From Candidatus Poribacteria bacterium (GTDB lineage: Bacteria > Poribacteria > WGA-4E > WGA-3G), in the NCBI GenBank assembly GCA_965242965.1, contig OZ251518.1, positions 2,784,001 through 2,848,000 of the forward strand: a stretch of DNA of 64,000 nt, given 5' to 3'. Both the position numbers and the translations under genes were made by a program. A model generated the notes under the pieces. The model searched no databases and was not told where the DNA came from. It saw only the letters and a program-made list of their open reading frames with translations. The first letter of the stretch is position 1, and each line of letters opens with the position of its first letter. Below are positions 38,077-48,463 of the stretch, one piece after another.

Positions 38077-40309
38077 TTTCGTTGTTCGCAAGGCGTTGTT
38101 CAGCAATAATGGCGAGAACGACGTTGTCTTGCCAGGCCGCAGAGACGTTGTCTCTGCTTACGTTTCTGCTTTAAGGAAAACATCCTCGCTGATAGCGACG
38201 CTCTACCTTCTGTTATTTGCCTCGGTTTGCATCGCCGCGCCGCCGAACCCGTATCGCTTTTTTAACGTAGACCCGGGGACAGGCGAATTCGTTGCCAAAT
38301 CGCCGCAAAGCACGGCACAATTTCTGGAGGCATTAGATGGATGTTGCCTCGCGAGAGAGCAAAGCGTCCTGCAACCCGATGGCATCGAATATGTGCTTGC
38401 ACTCAAAGTCGATTTCGTTGACATGCCGGGACGCAGGAGCGGCGCGGAATTCAATCAATACCTATTTGCGCCTACCGGCGTTTCCCTGAAAACCTACTAT
38501 CGTGAAAATTCTTACGGGCAAATGGATATCCAGCCGGGACCGGCGGGCGGCGTTCTGCCTGCAGGAAACGAGTGGGTGCGTGCCAAGCATCCGATGTCCT
38601 ATTACGGCGCGGGGCCCGGGCAGTTTAACCTCACACGCTATCGGGAACTCATCCGAGAGGCATGTCAGGCAGTGGATGCCAACGTCGATTTCTCGCAATA
38701 TGACCGGAACGGGGACGGTATCGTCGATCACGTCTTCCTTATTCACGCTGGAAATGACCAGGCAACCTCTGGTGTAGCCGATGACCTCTGGTCTAACCTC
38801 ACCCCGAACGTGAACCTCGTGCTTGATGGTGTGCTGATTGACGCTGCCGTTGTCGTCGGGGAAGAGCCCGATTTTGCGAAACCGCATTTAGGCATCTATT
38901 TCCACGAGTTTTTCCACGACTTCGGCGCGCCCGATGTTTACGGGTTCAACTGGCCCGATGCCCGCGACCACAAGTGGGGACTGATGGGGGCTTACGGGCC
39001 CTATCAGGGCCCCGAATCCGCCGGCACCGCAAGTGGGAATGGGTTGGCACCGAGTCATATCATGGGTTATCTCAAGTGGGATTTTGACGCGCGCCCAGAA
39101 AATGGCCGCCTCGGTTGGATCGAACCGGTGACGATTACGCAGAATGGACACCTCACTGTTCCGAGTTTTGAACTCGGGCCAGAAACCGATAAGGTTTTCA
39201 AAATTGACATTCCATCTAATACTGATGGCTCGCGAGGGACAGGCACTCGCGCTACAGGAAGTAGTCGGGAATTCTTCTTGATAGAAAACCGCTACAAAGC
39301 CTCCGGCGCGATGTATGATACCCATCTGCCGGAATCCGGCATCTTGATTTGGCATATTGATGAAACAGAGGTGCGTCCCCTCGGCAGTTACGATGCCTCC
39401 CAACAGATTTGGCTGGAAGATCCGTCAGACCCGCAGCACATCGGGCTCGCCGGCGGTGAGTTGGACTTTATTGACATAGACACGATTACCGACGGCGCGG
39501 CTTACTCCGCTGACGATGGGCAAACCGCCTTTACATCCGGCACTTTGCCCAACAGCAACGCCAACGATGGCACGGTGACAGGCATCTCCATTACCAATAT
39601 CGGCCCCGAAGGATTTGATATTCCCCTGCAAATCTGGTTTGGCGACAGATCAGAACCGAATGACACACTCGCAACCGCTTTTCCAATCCGATATGAGGAG
39701 CTTTACGAATCTTTCCTGCTTGATGTAGACGATACGCGCGATGTCTATCAACTTGAGGTGTTCAGAGGTGTCACGATTCAGGTGATGTTGATGGGGATTT
39801 CGCCTGAACGTGAGTATCGCCTATTCTTTGTCACAGGAACAGATGAAACGCCGCTCGGCACGGTGCGCCAGGTCCCGACAGGCTTGCAACTCCTCTATCA
39901 ACCGGAGACGACAGGCACGTTTTACCTCGTCGTTGAATCTGATGACGGTTTTCGGGGTGCGGATGGCTACCGTTTGCAGGTGGTGCAAGTGGTGTCAGAA
40001 AGTTTCACGTTCGCGGAGACGCGGGTGTATCCCAATCCAATGCGCGTCGGCGATGCACCGATGAAGTTTGATTATCAGTTGGCGGCTTCACAAACCGCGG
40101 AGACTGTCACGCTTGAAATTTTCACGTCGACTGGAAACAAAATCTACGACGAAGTGCATCGGAACGTCTTTGTGCCGGGGACGTTCGCGTGGCATGGTGT
40201 GAACAGCGCAGGCGCGCCGATTGCCCCCGGTATCTACATTTACCGTCTTTCTGCCACGCAATCCGATGTGAACGTGCAGGAAATTGGAAGGTTGAGCGTG
40301 AAGAAATAA
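38012..40309 (+). CDS. M6 family (immune inhibitor A-like) metalloprotease with PPC-like and FlgD-Ig/T9SS-type C-terminal domains
   Basis: YYRENSYG, DFSQYDRNGDGIVD...IHAG, HEFFHDFGAPD, EFFLIENR, GILIWHID, VYPNP...WHGVNSAGAPIAPGIYIY. The true start is probably downstream of 38012, near the signal peptide. Confidence 0.88.
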   Translation: MRNPMTFNFTSYAESAAANSINFVVRKALFSNNGENDVVLPGRRDVVSAYVSALRKTSSLIATLYLLLFASVCIAAPPNPYRFFNVDPGTGEFVAKSPQSTAQFLEALDGCCLAREQSVLQPDGIEYVLALKVDFVDMPGRRSGAEFNQYLFAPTGVSLKTYYRENSYGQMDIQPGPAGGVLPAGNEWVRAKHPMSYYGAGPGQFNLTRYRELIREACQAVDANVDFSQYDRNGDGIVDHVFLIHAGNDQATSGVADDLWSNLTPNVNLVLDGVLIDAAVVVGEEPDFAKPHLGIYFHEFFHDFGAPDVYGFNWPDARDHKWGLMGAYGPYQGPESAGTASGNGLAPSHIMGYLKWDFDARPENGRLGWIEPVTITQNGHLTVPSFELGPETDKVFKIDIPSNTDGSRGTGTRATGSSREFFLIENRYKASGAMYDTHLPESGILIWHIDETEVRPLGSYDASQQIWLEDPSDPQHIGLAGGELDFIDIDTITDGAAYSADDGQTAFTSGTLPNSNANDGTVTGISITNIGPEGFDIPLQIWFGDRSEPNDTLATAFPIRYEELYESFLLDVDDTRDVYQLEVFRGVTIQVMLMGISPEREYRLFFVTGTDETPLGTVRQVPTGLQLLYQPETTGTFYLVVESDDGFRGADGYRLQVVQVVSESFTFAETRVYPNPMRVGDAPMKFDYQLAASQTAETVTLEIFTSTGNKIYDEVHRNVFVPGTFAWHGVNSAGAPIAPGIYIYRLSATQSDVNVQEIGRLSVKK

Positions 40310-40310
40310 A

Positions 40311-40612
40311 ATGAGGGTGTTTCATAAATCGTTCAACGTCGCGGGGGAAACCCGCTCGGATGCGCGTGTGGCATCCGAGGGGCCCCGCGCTACGGTTGTC
40401 GAGGCCGCCTCCCTTCACCGTAGGGCGAGGGCCTGTCCCTCGCCATGCGTCTTGCTGTCAGACTGCATCCTCCCTGTAGTTCAGGATCGCCTGATCCTGA
40501 ACTGTTTGTGATCAGGCGATCACAAACTACAGAGGTGGGCCCAATGCCTGCCGGTATTCGCCCGCCTTCCAAGGCGGGATAAATACCGAAACAGAATTAT
40601 GAAACACCCTGA
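40311..40612. repeat. Composite REP cluster with GAGGGTGTTTCATAA inverted termini
   Basis: TGAGGGTGTTTCATAAAT at 40312, TTATGAAACACCCTGA at ~40597-40612. Confidence 0.85.
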
Positions 40613-40721
40613 AATAAAATTTTGTTGATTAAAAAATTGGATTATGATATGCTGTATTTTAGAATGAAGAGGTGGGCAAACGTTGTCCGCACGAAACATA
40701 ACCAAGGAGGCACTAGTATCA

Positions 40722-41777
40722 ATGAAATTGTTCAATAAACTGACCTGGCTCAACGTCGGCACGCTGTTGGTGCTTGCATTCGGCGTTGCGGGGTGTGGCA
40801 CATCCCTTAGCAGCCTATCACCGATCCAACCCGTGCAGAATATCGCCGATGCGCAACTGTTACAGATCGAGAAGCCGAACGAAGAGGTGGTGGTCCCGGC
40901 CGTCCCCTCGGAGGCAGTCGCGAAGCCGGTCCTCGATAAACACGGGTTGAAGACAGCGGGATTCCGCATTGGGAAAGCGCGCGACGCGAACATGGATGCG
41001 TTAACCTATATCTTCGCGTTCAACGAATACATGCACGCCGAAACCGAATGGGAGAATTTCCTCAGCGAGTGGGCAGAAACGCAAACCGTAATTGAAAGAG
41101 GCAGCAGCGATGACGACAGGAAGGTGGTAGATGTCGTCCTGATTTCAGATCAGCCGCAGCTGTTTGACATTCAGACAAGGCAACCCATTCTCACTAAAAC
41201 GGTGGATGGCATCACCGTATCCATCTCCTATTGGCGGCGCCCAGATTTGGACAGGAAATACAACCGCGGCAACGCTTTTTCCCCGTTTTACGAGACCGAG
41301 GCGCTCCATCAAGGCGACAAAACGGATGTGTTTTACGTGAAGATTACCAACAATCGGAGCGAAAACGTCATCTTTGATGTCAAAAAGTGCCGTATCATCG
41401 ACCAGGGTGATAATATCTACCACGGCTTGAGCTACGATGATCTGAAGGAACGGTTCACGTACATGGCGCGCGCGACGGGCCTCTACGTGAAAAACGGACT
41501 CGACAAGGCGCGACAGATTCTCATTGAGAAGCGGATGCCTATCGTCGAAAAACAGGTCGGCACACGGCGCACCGGCGTTCCACCCGGCGAAAGTAAGGAG
41601 GGATTTGTCCCCTTCGCGCAGACGAAACTAAACGCACTTGAACTGAACGTCGTGCTGCCGATTGAAAAGGCACCGCCACCGGGCGGCGCACAGCGTTACC
41701 AAACCGTTGAGTTTGAGTTCCCCTTTACGCACGATAGAGGAATTCGGGTCGCGCAGCCATCACCGAAGCGTTATTAA
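40722..41777 (+). CDS. Hypothetical lipoprotein
   Basis: AGGAGG RBS; signal peptide with lipobox VAGC. Confidence 0.75.
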   Translation: MKLFNKLTWLNVGTLLVLAFGVAGCGTSLSSLSPIQPVQNIADAQLLQIEKPNEEVVVPAVPSEAVAKPVLDKHGLKTAGFRIGKARDANMDALTYIFAFNEYMHAETEWENFLSEWAETQTVIERGSSDDDRKVVDVVLISDQPQLFDIQTRQPILTKTVDGITVSISYWRRPDLDRKYNRGNAFSPFYETEALHQGDKTDVFYVKITNNRSENVIFDVKKCRIIDQGDNIYHGLSYDDLKERFTYMARATGLYVKNGLDKARQILIEKRMPIVEKQVGTRRTGVPPGESKEGFVPFAQTKLNALELNVVLPIEKAPPPGGAQRYQTVEFEFPFTHDRGIRVAQPSPKRY

Positions 41778-41787
41778 CCTATAGACC

Positions 41788-41815
41788 GGAGGCGCGGTTT
41801 GACACCGCGCCTACC
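41788..41815. terminator. Hairpin between convergent genes (REP-like, possible terminator)
   Basis: AGGCGCGGT-TTGAC-ACCGCGCCT followed by AC. Confidence 0.45.
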
Positions 41816-41846
41816 GCATCCTACCCCTGCCTTTTCTATGCCTCTT

Positions 41847-43808
41847 CTATCCATTCACAATGTTGCACGCGGGAAGGGAGGCTAAAAACTGCTTGCCGTA
41901 ACTTCCCGTTTTAAGCCTCGGGTCAAGGATAACAACAATCCCTTTGTCCGTTTGTGTCCGGATGAGTCTACCAAATCCCTGTTTGAGCCGCAGGATTGCT
42001 TCTGGCAGGCTGAATTCAAAAAACTCGTTCCCGCCGCGCTCTTTAATCTGTTTGACGCGCGCCTCCATCACCGGATGCGTCGGCACTTCAAACGGCAGTC
42101 GCGTGATAATGACGTTACTCAACGCCGCGCCGCGCACATCAACCCCCTCCCAAAAAGTGGAAGTCCCGAACAGCACCGAATTCGTATTTTCGCGGAACGC
42201 TTGTAGCATCGCCGTGCGCGAGAGTTCGCCGCCCTGTTTAAAAGCGTCAATACCGAGGCGTTCTAAGTAAGGCGCGACCTCGGCGTAACTCTCGTCCATC
42301 ATCTTGTAACTGGTAAAGAGGACGAACGCTTTCCCTTCTGTCAACTTGAGGTAGCGTTTCATCTCCCGAATCGCCGCCGGTGTAAACTCCGGGCTGTTGG
42401 GATGCGGCATGGCACGCGGCAGATGAATCTGCACCTGTTGCTTAAAGTCAAACGGCGAATCGACAAGGAGTTCCCGAGAGCCGCTTATCCCCACCCGTTT
42501 TTTGAAATAGTCAAAATTTCGGTTGGTGGCAAGTGTCGCGCTTGTCATCACAACGCTACTTTTCGCCGTGAACAGGTTCTCCTGAAGCATTTTATTGACA
42601 TTCGCCGGCGTGGCATTGAGGAGAATGCGGGAAAATCTGCCTCGGTGCGTGAGCTCTGCCCAATAGACATAGTCCCCATCGGTTTGTCGGATGATGGTGT
42701 CCAATTCGTCACGGAGGCGTTCGCATTGCCGGTGATGCGCCGTAATTTCTTGCTTATCGTCGTCGTTTTGTGCATCGCCGTGGAGCCGATTCAGCGTTCG
42801 TTCGATTTCGGCAAGCGGGGCATCCAACACGTTAGTAATAAAATTGCTTTTCTCAATCCGCTTCGTGAGCGTATCGCCGCGCGCCTCACCGATTGCTGCG
42901 ATGATGTCGCCGAAAAGGATGTTCGCCTGCTTCCGCGCCTCAACAACCTGCACGCCCAATTCCATTGAATTTAACTGCTTTGCGAGTCCCCCTTCGCTGC
43001 GTTCGTTATAGAGCGAATCCAAGAGCCATTTGACTTGAGTGTTGCTGAATTCAAGACTCGCGTGTTTGGTGGCAGTTGCCTCCAGATGGTGCGCTTCGTC
43101 AATGATGAGGTAGTCGTAGTCAGGCAAAATCCCTGCGCCATCGTTGTTCTTGCGAATGGCAAGATCGCTGAAAAGCAGGTGGTGGTTGACTATCAGCAGG
43201 TCAGCCTCGCGCATCTCTCTACGCGCGTTGAAATAGAAGCAGGCATTGTAGGTGGGACACTGCCGGCCGAGGCAATTATCCCGGTCGGACGCGACTTTGT
43301 TCCAGACTTGGGGGAAGGGTTGCCACGGCAAATCGGCGCGGCTGCCATCGTGGGTGTGCTCCGCCCATTCCTCAATTTCGGCTACTTGTTCTACTTCTTC
43401 CATTGTATCAAACAGCCCGCGTTGCGCCATGAGTAGCGTGCTGAGCCGTCTTCGGGAGAGATAGTTGCTGCGTCCCTTTGCAAGGACGGCATTGAAATCG
43501 CGCGGGAGGATGCGCTGCAGGAACGGGATATCCTTCGTTATGAGTTGTTCCTGCAGGCTGATGGTATTCGTTGAAATCACCACAGTCTCCTCTGCTTTGA
43601 GAGCGAGGGAGACAGCCGGGATGAGATACGCGAAACTTTTGCCTACGCCGGTGCCGGCTTCAACGATGAGATGTTCAGATGCCGTGAAAGCGCGGGAGAT
43701 CTCGTGCGCCATTTGCAACTGCTCTTCGCGAAATTCATACCCGTCCAGGTGCTGCGCGATAAGCCCGCCGGGGCTAAAAATGTCTCTCAAGGTAATCGGT
43801 TTCTTCAT
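41847..43808 (-). CDS. dinG: DinG/YoaA family ATP-dependent DNA helicase
   Basis: EAGTGVGKS, IDEAH, TSATL, FWEGVDV, QGFGRLIR. Confidence 0.92.
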   Translation of the reverse strand: MKKPITLRDIFSPGGLIAQHLDGYEFREEQLQMAHEISRAFTASEHLIVEAGTGVGKSFAYLIPAVSLALKAEETVVISTNTISLQEQLITKDIPFLQRILPRDFNAVLAKGRSNYLSRRRLSTLLMAQRGLFDTMEEVEQVAEIEEWAEHTHDGSRADLPWQPFPQVWNKVASDRDNCLGRQCPTYNACFYFNARREMREADLLIVNHHLLFSDLAIRKNNDGAGILPDYDYLIIDEAHHLEATATKHASLEFSNTQVKWLLDSLYNERSEGGLAKQLNSMELGVQVVEARKQANILFGDIIAAIGEARGDTLTKRIEKSNFITNVLDAPLAEIERTLNRLHGDAQNDDDKQEITAHHRQCERLRDELDTIIRQTDGDYVYWAELTHRGRFSRILLNATPANVNKMLQENLFTAKSSVVMTSATLATNRNFDYFKKRVGISGSRELLVDSPFDFKQQVQIHLPRAMPHPNSPEFTPAAIREMKRYLKLTEGKAFVLFTSYKMMDESYAEVAPYLERLGIDAFKQGGELSRTAMLQAFRENTNSVLFGTSTFWEGVDVRGAALSNVIITRLPFEVPTHPVMEARVKQIKERGGNEFFEFSLPEAILRLKQGFGRLIRTQTDKGIVVILDPRLKTGSYGKQFLASLPACNIVNG

Positions 43809-43817
43809 ATTTCTCGT

Positions 43818-45155
43818 TCATCTGAGCGGGACAGTGATTGTTTCTGCGCCGTGACTACTCTTGATTTGGAGGACGAGTGATGACTGATTCTGTCTCTCCA
43901 AAAGAAACGCGTCAAAGGCGCGCGCGTCGGAAATCTGCTTGCCGTTGAGCGTCAGAATCAGCGTGCCTTTCGGAATTCTGGCTTTGAATCCCGGGCCATT
44001 CAACTTCACATCGGTAACGATAACCCCGTTATCCTGTTCAGTGAGGTAGGTGTATCTCTCGAAATCCCTTTTTTCCAATTTTCTCACCGTGAGTCCGAGC
44101 ATATTCCATGCGACAGAGTTATTCTCAACGGTTCTCCCGGCGAATTGGGGTGGCATTTCCGCGATGGTAACAGTGAGCCGCCGTTCCACGCCGTTGCGCA
44201 GGAGCGTAATTTTCGATGCCTCTCCGACTTGTGAATCGGCTATCAACATTTTAAATTCGCTGAGCTCTTGAACCTTCTTTCCGTTGTATTTGATGATAAT
44301 GTCGCCGCGCCGCAAACCGCCGCGGGCAGCTGGGGTATTCCGTCTAACGCTACGCACGTAAATTCCCTCCTCCACTTTTAGCATGCCGATGCCGAGGAAG
44401 CCGCGGATGATCCTGCCGTTGGCAACTAACTGATTCCCAATTTTCCGGACGAGGTTGCTCGGAATGGCGAAGCCTGCACCGGCTCTGAGTGAGTTGGGGA
44501 CAGCCGAGTCCGCCGCTCTCCGAATGAGCGAGTTAATGCCGATGACCTCACCGTGGATATTCAATAGCGGGCCGCCGCTGTTGCCGGTGTTAATCCATGC
44601 GTCTGTCTGGATGAAATCTTCGTAGCGGATGATTGCGGTGTCATCGTCGAGAATTGTGCGTCCTTTGCCGCTGACGATGCCGGTAGTCACCGTGTAGTCC
44701 AATTGAAACGGGTTGCCGATGGCGATGGCGAATTGTCCCACGCGCACCTTATCGGAATCGGCGAGCGGGAGCACCGGGAGCTCTTCTTTCGCGTCAATTT
44801 TCAGCACAGCGAGATCGGTGTTGAGGTCCGTCCCGACAACTTTAGCATCGAATTCGTTTCCATCTCGTCGCTGAATTGTGATGCGTCGTGAGTCCATCAA
44901 TACATGCGCGTTGGTGAGAATATAGCCATCTTTGCGAAAGATGAACCCTGAACCTTCTGACCTTTGTCCGAGCCCCAAGTGCGCACTCACGCCGACAATA
45001 GCGGGAGTGCTCCGCGCGGCGACGCTGACGAAGGCGTTTTCAATGGAGGATAACAGTTCCACATCTGTGGGTTGGGCACGCCCACACGAAGCGAGCATCG
45101 CGCTTGTGACGACGAGGTGGATGCATAAGAGATAGATAACGTAGACATTTTTCAT
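43818..45155 (-). CDS. htrA: HtrA/DegP-like serine protease with two PDZ domains
   Basis: GSGFI, TNAHV, DLAVLK, IGNPF, QTDAWINTGNSGGPL. Confidence 0.9.
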   Translation of the reverse strand: MKNVYVIYLLCIHLVVTSAMLASCGRAQPTDVELLSSIENAFVSVAARSTPAIVGVSAHLGLGQRSEGSGFIFRKDGYILTNAHVLMDSRRITIQRRDGNEFDAKVVGTDLNTDLAVLKIDAKEELPVLPLADSDKVRVGQFAIAIGNPFQLDYTVTTGIVSGKGRTILDDDTAIIRYEDFIQTDAWINTGNSGGPLLNIHGEVIGINSLIRRAADSAVPNSLRAGAGFAIPSNLVRKIGNQLVANGRIIRGFLGIGMLKVEEGIYVRSVRRNTPAARGGLRRGDIIIKYNGKKVQELSEFKMLIADSQVGEASKITLLRNGVERRLTVTIAEMPPQFAGRTVENNSVAWNMLGLTVRKLEKRDFERYTYLTEQDNGVIVTDVKLNGPGFKARIPKGTLILTLNGKQISDARAFDAFLLERQNQSSLVLQIKSSHGAETITVPLR

Positions 45156-45234
45156 TTTCGGAATGTCCCTCCCGAGCGGTAGAAAGGTATGCAAGCCTGT
45201 CTATCGCTTGCACACAAGTTTTTCTTTCGTAAGA

Positions 45235-45501
45235 AGGCGAGGGACAGGCCCTCGCCCTACGTTCTTTTACAAGGTCTAGGCACGGCGAGGGACAGGCCCT
45301 CGCCCTACGGGAACCCGCGGCGTTTTTTCCACCGTAGCGCGGGGGCCTGTCCCCCGCGATCGTTGGGGCCCTCTGTAGTTCAAGATCGCCTGATCTTGAC
45401 CCGTTCGGGAGCAGGCGCTCCCGAACTACGGTCTCGCTTCATCGTAGCGCGGGGGCCTGTCCCCCGCGCTTGTTACATACCGAAACGGCGTTATGAAACA
45501 C
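45235..45501. repeat. REP-like palindrome cluster
   Basis: Multiple GTAG hairpins, ending in TTATGAAACAC. Confidence 0.8.
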
Positions 45502-47271
45502 TTAATCCACCGCTTCGTCCGGGTCATCGGCGGAAAGATCATCGCCGCGGTGGAGGCGGAGTGCCAAATTCGCTGTTTGACGACGTGCCCGCGCTGTCGG
45601 TGCATGCGCCGCCAAATAGCGCGCCGCCGCAACCAACGCAATTCGCGCGCGTGCTTCATCCAACTCATCTGCCTGCTGGAAAGCCGCCTCCAACATCTGG
45701 AACGAGTGGAATTCCGCATCCTCCCGCAACAGAATATGTCCGAGCCGCGCCAACAATGCCTCACGGGGATGCCCAAGCAACAGATAGCGATAGATATACA
45801 TCCCACCCCGGTCTGCCTGCGCCTGCGTATCCAACAACTCAACGAACCCATCAAGCAGTTCATCGGCATCCGTTGGTAACGTATCGGTTTCTCGACGGTT
45901 TTGCGGGAGTCTTGCGGCAGGCATGTTGAACCACCTGTCAAAGTAGATAGCCATTGCGCCGTGGAAAATCCCGCGCGCAATCTCCACTGACGGTGCACGC
46001 TTGGCACATTGATGCAACGCGTTCGCATAAGTGTAGGTATGCAACACCGCAATCCAGTCGCCGAATTCGTTTTTGGTATGGAATCGTGCGATGCGGAGCG
46101 CGGCGGCAGATGCGAGCGTTTGCGTCAACTCGGTTAACGTCGCACCTTCCTGAAACGCGGATTTCAGTGCATCAATCGTTCCCAGCGGATCTTCGCCGAG
46201 CAACGTTTCGGTGAGTGCCTCGCTTCCGTGCCACTGCTTCCCCTTACCGCTCTCAATAACCGCTTCAAGTTCGTCAAAAATGCCGCGTAGCACGGGGACG
46301 AAATCGATCGGACTGCGCCACCGGTTCTGTTCTTCTGCACGGGAAGAACTCGCCAGCATGCCGACGAGCGTTGGGATAACCTCATCCGCCTTCTCCCACC
46401 CGATGCGTTCAAGCAGTTCAAACGCTTTATTGATAAAATCAAGCGTATGTCCGCCATCGCGATAGAAATGGTCTGTGGCGGCGGCTACCATCATATCACA
46501 AATCTGCGCCGGTGTTGCGCCTTGGGAAATCGCCGTCAAAATCGTGCGTTCCGCGCCATCGGCGTTCCGCACCTCAATGAAATAACGGAACCACGTCTTC
46601 AGTTGTTCCAGAGAGTGCGTATCTGTCTCAAGCCGCGTCAACGGAATGCGGGGTGCCGATGAAGAGGTTTCACTTGAAACGTGGAGCAACCCTTGATAGA
46701 GTGCGAGCACCTTATCGGCATCTGTCAGTTTTTCGGCGACGTTCGCCATGCAGGTGAGAATCGTCATGGCGGGGCCCCAGCCGGCGCGTCTGCCGCGTGC
46801 GCCGTAAAGCGCGCCGACTTCAACGATGGCATCGGGTGCAGTCTTCAACGAACGGAGCGCGATAACCGATTTCGCGAGGATGAGGTTGATACTCTGCTCC
46901 AACCCTTCACGCAGCCGAATCTTCCATCGTGCCACTGCATCGGCACCGTTCGCGCCGACGTTGACGTAGACGCTCCCCTCCCGAACATCGATGGGGTAAG
47001 CTTGCACGTCATCGGCGAACGGGTGGAAGGTGCAGCCACTCGCCAGATCGAACATGGCGTGATGCCAATGGCAGATGAGGATGCCATCCTGCACACTCCC
47101 GCGATTGAGCGGATACCCCATGTGCGGGCAGCGGTTGTCAACTGCGAAAATCTTGCCGTTGCTTTTTGCCAAGGCGATGGAGTGTCCCGCCACGTTCACG
47201 GCGATGACATCCTCTTCGGGAATATCGGCAACCTCGGCACACTTGATGAATTCTGAAATGCGTTCAGCCAT
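45502..47271 (-). CDS. Rieske [2Fe-2S] domain protein fused to a large His-rich helical domain
   Basis: CPHMGYPL...ICHWH Rieske ligands; later GGHTLDF, LHTYTYAN, EFHSFQ. Confidence 0.85.
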   Translation of the reverse strand: MAERISEFIKCAEVADIPEEDVIAVNVAGHSIALAKSNGKIFAVDNRCPHMGYPLNRGSVQDGILICHWHHAMFDLASGCTFHPFADDVQAYPIDVREGSVYVNVGANGADAVARWKIRLREGLEQSINLILAKSVIALRSLKTAPDAIVEVGALYGARGRRAGWGPAMTILTCMANVAEKLTDADKVLALYQGLLHVSSETSSSAPRIPLTRLETDTHSLEQLKTWFRYFIEVRNADGAERTILTAISQGATPAQICDMMVAAATDHFYRDGGHTLDFINKAFELLERIGWEKADEVIPTLVGMLASSSRAEEQNRWRSPIDFVPVLRGIFDELEAVIESGKGKQWHGSEALTETLLGEDPLGTIDALKSAFQEGATLTELTQTLASAAALRIARFHTKNEFGDWIAVLHTYTYANALHQCAKRAPSVEIARGIFHGAMAIYFDRWFNMPAARLPQNRRETDTLPTDADELLDGFVELLDTQAQADRGGMYIYRYLLLGHPREALLARLGHILLREDAEFHSFQMLEAAFQQADELDEARARIALVAAARYLAAHAPTARARRQTANLALRLHRGDDLSADDPDEAVD

Positions 47272-47595
47272 TTTTTATTCTCCTTTGTGCTCATTTTTTG
47301 TATTATGGATATTTTAACGTAGGTTGCGTTAACATGTCAAGGTATTTTTTTCTGCAGAGTGCTTCGGTTTTCGATTTTGATCTTAAACGAAGGAGGTAGA
47401 TACCACTATTGTTGTTTATTTCTTGATTTTAATGCAGTGGATGTGTTATTATCAATGTAGCGAAAGCAGCGACGCGCGAGGATATATCTCATCGCCTGCC
47501 GATTGCAACCACTTCGGCGTAAACAGCACACCGCTTGAGACGGGAGTGCGGCGCGCTGTTTCTAATAATCCTGAAACGAACAAGGGGAAGAAAAG

Positions 47596-48408
47596 ATGCG
47601 TTTTTTCAAGAAAGCCTGGCCCTTTATTATTACGGGACTCGTTGTCATCGGCATCTTTGCTTTCACGTACTGGCATTCAAATAAGCCTGTTGCCCCGATT
47701 AAAATCTATAAGGCGACAGTAGCAGAACCAGTACGGACAGGGAAAAGTAAAGCGAAACCCACGACTCATCAAGGGGCACAAGGCGTTGAAACGAACGAGA
47801 GCCAATCTTCTGTAACGAGCGAGAGCCCTATGGTGTCAGATATGCATCAAACCACCGATGAATCTCTAGACACCACCGATGAGTCTCTTGCGACAGAAGA
47901 GGTTGTGAGCGGCAGAGATGAGCACGGGGATGTTGATTCGGACACCCGTGATCCGGAAAAGCCCAGTGCAAATCCGCAACTTTCCGCTGAAGAATTATGG
48001 AGACAAATGCTCTTACAGCGAAAGGCGGAAATCCACGAACAAATGCAGGCAATAATGCCTGAAGGCGGAACCGTCCACAGTTCCGAAAATCCGGAAGCTA
48101 TGCGTCAGTTATTACAGTTGTTCAAAGAACTCAGTGCTGTTGAACAAGAACTCAGTAATAACCCGCAGGACCCTAGTTTTGAGGATGCCCAGACCCTGTA
48201 TAAGATGGCAATGTTTCACGTTGAGCATGTCGCCCCGGACCTCACGCCGGAGGGTAACATGCCTATTTCTACTGCCGAGAAATTGATTCAAAGGTGGGAA
48301 CAAGACGGTAATTTTGACGCAGCAAACCGTATCCGTCAAGTGATCCAGCATGCGGTAGAAAACGGAGACGAGCTCATTGAACGCAAGCATGTAGAGCGAC
48401 TTCGATAA
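47596..48408 (+). CDS. Hypothetical N-terminally anchored protein
   Basis: TM helix, acidic low-complexity linker, helical C-terminus. Confidence 0.7.
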   Translation: MRFFKKAWPFIITGLVVIGIFAFTYWHSNKPVAPIKIYKATVAEPVRTGKSKAKPTTHQGAQGVETNESQSSVTSESPMVSDMHQTTDESLDTTDESLATEEVVSGRDEHGDVDSDTRDPEKPSANPQLSAEELWRQMLLQRKAEIHEQMQAIMPEGGTVHSSENPEAMRQLLQLFKELSAVEQELSNNPQDPSFEDAQTLYKMAMFHVEHVAPDLTPEGNMPISTAEKLIQRWEQDGNFDAANRIRQVIQHAVENGDELIERKHVERLR

Positions 48409-48463
48409 AAACGAGTATTTGAACCCACTGACAAACTGGGAAGTTTCGTTAAGGAGAATTCGG

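Noticed and set aside
41847-43808. DinG as a type IV CRISPR or defence helicase
   Set aside because: Ordinary YoaA-like sequence next to htrA with no cas or defence neighbours; the NYLS (for NYLC) change alone is weak evidence
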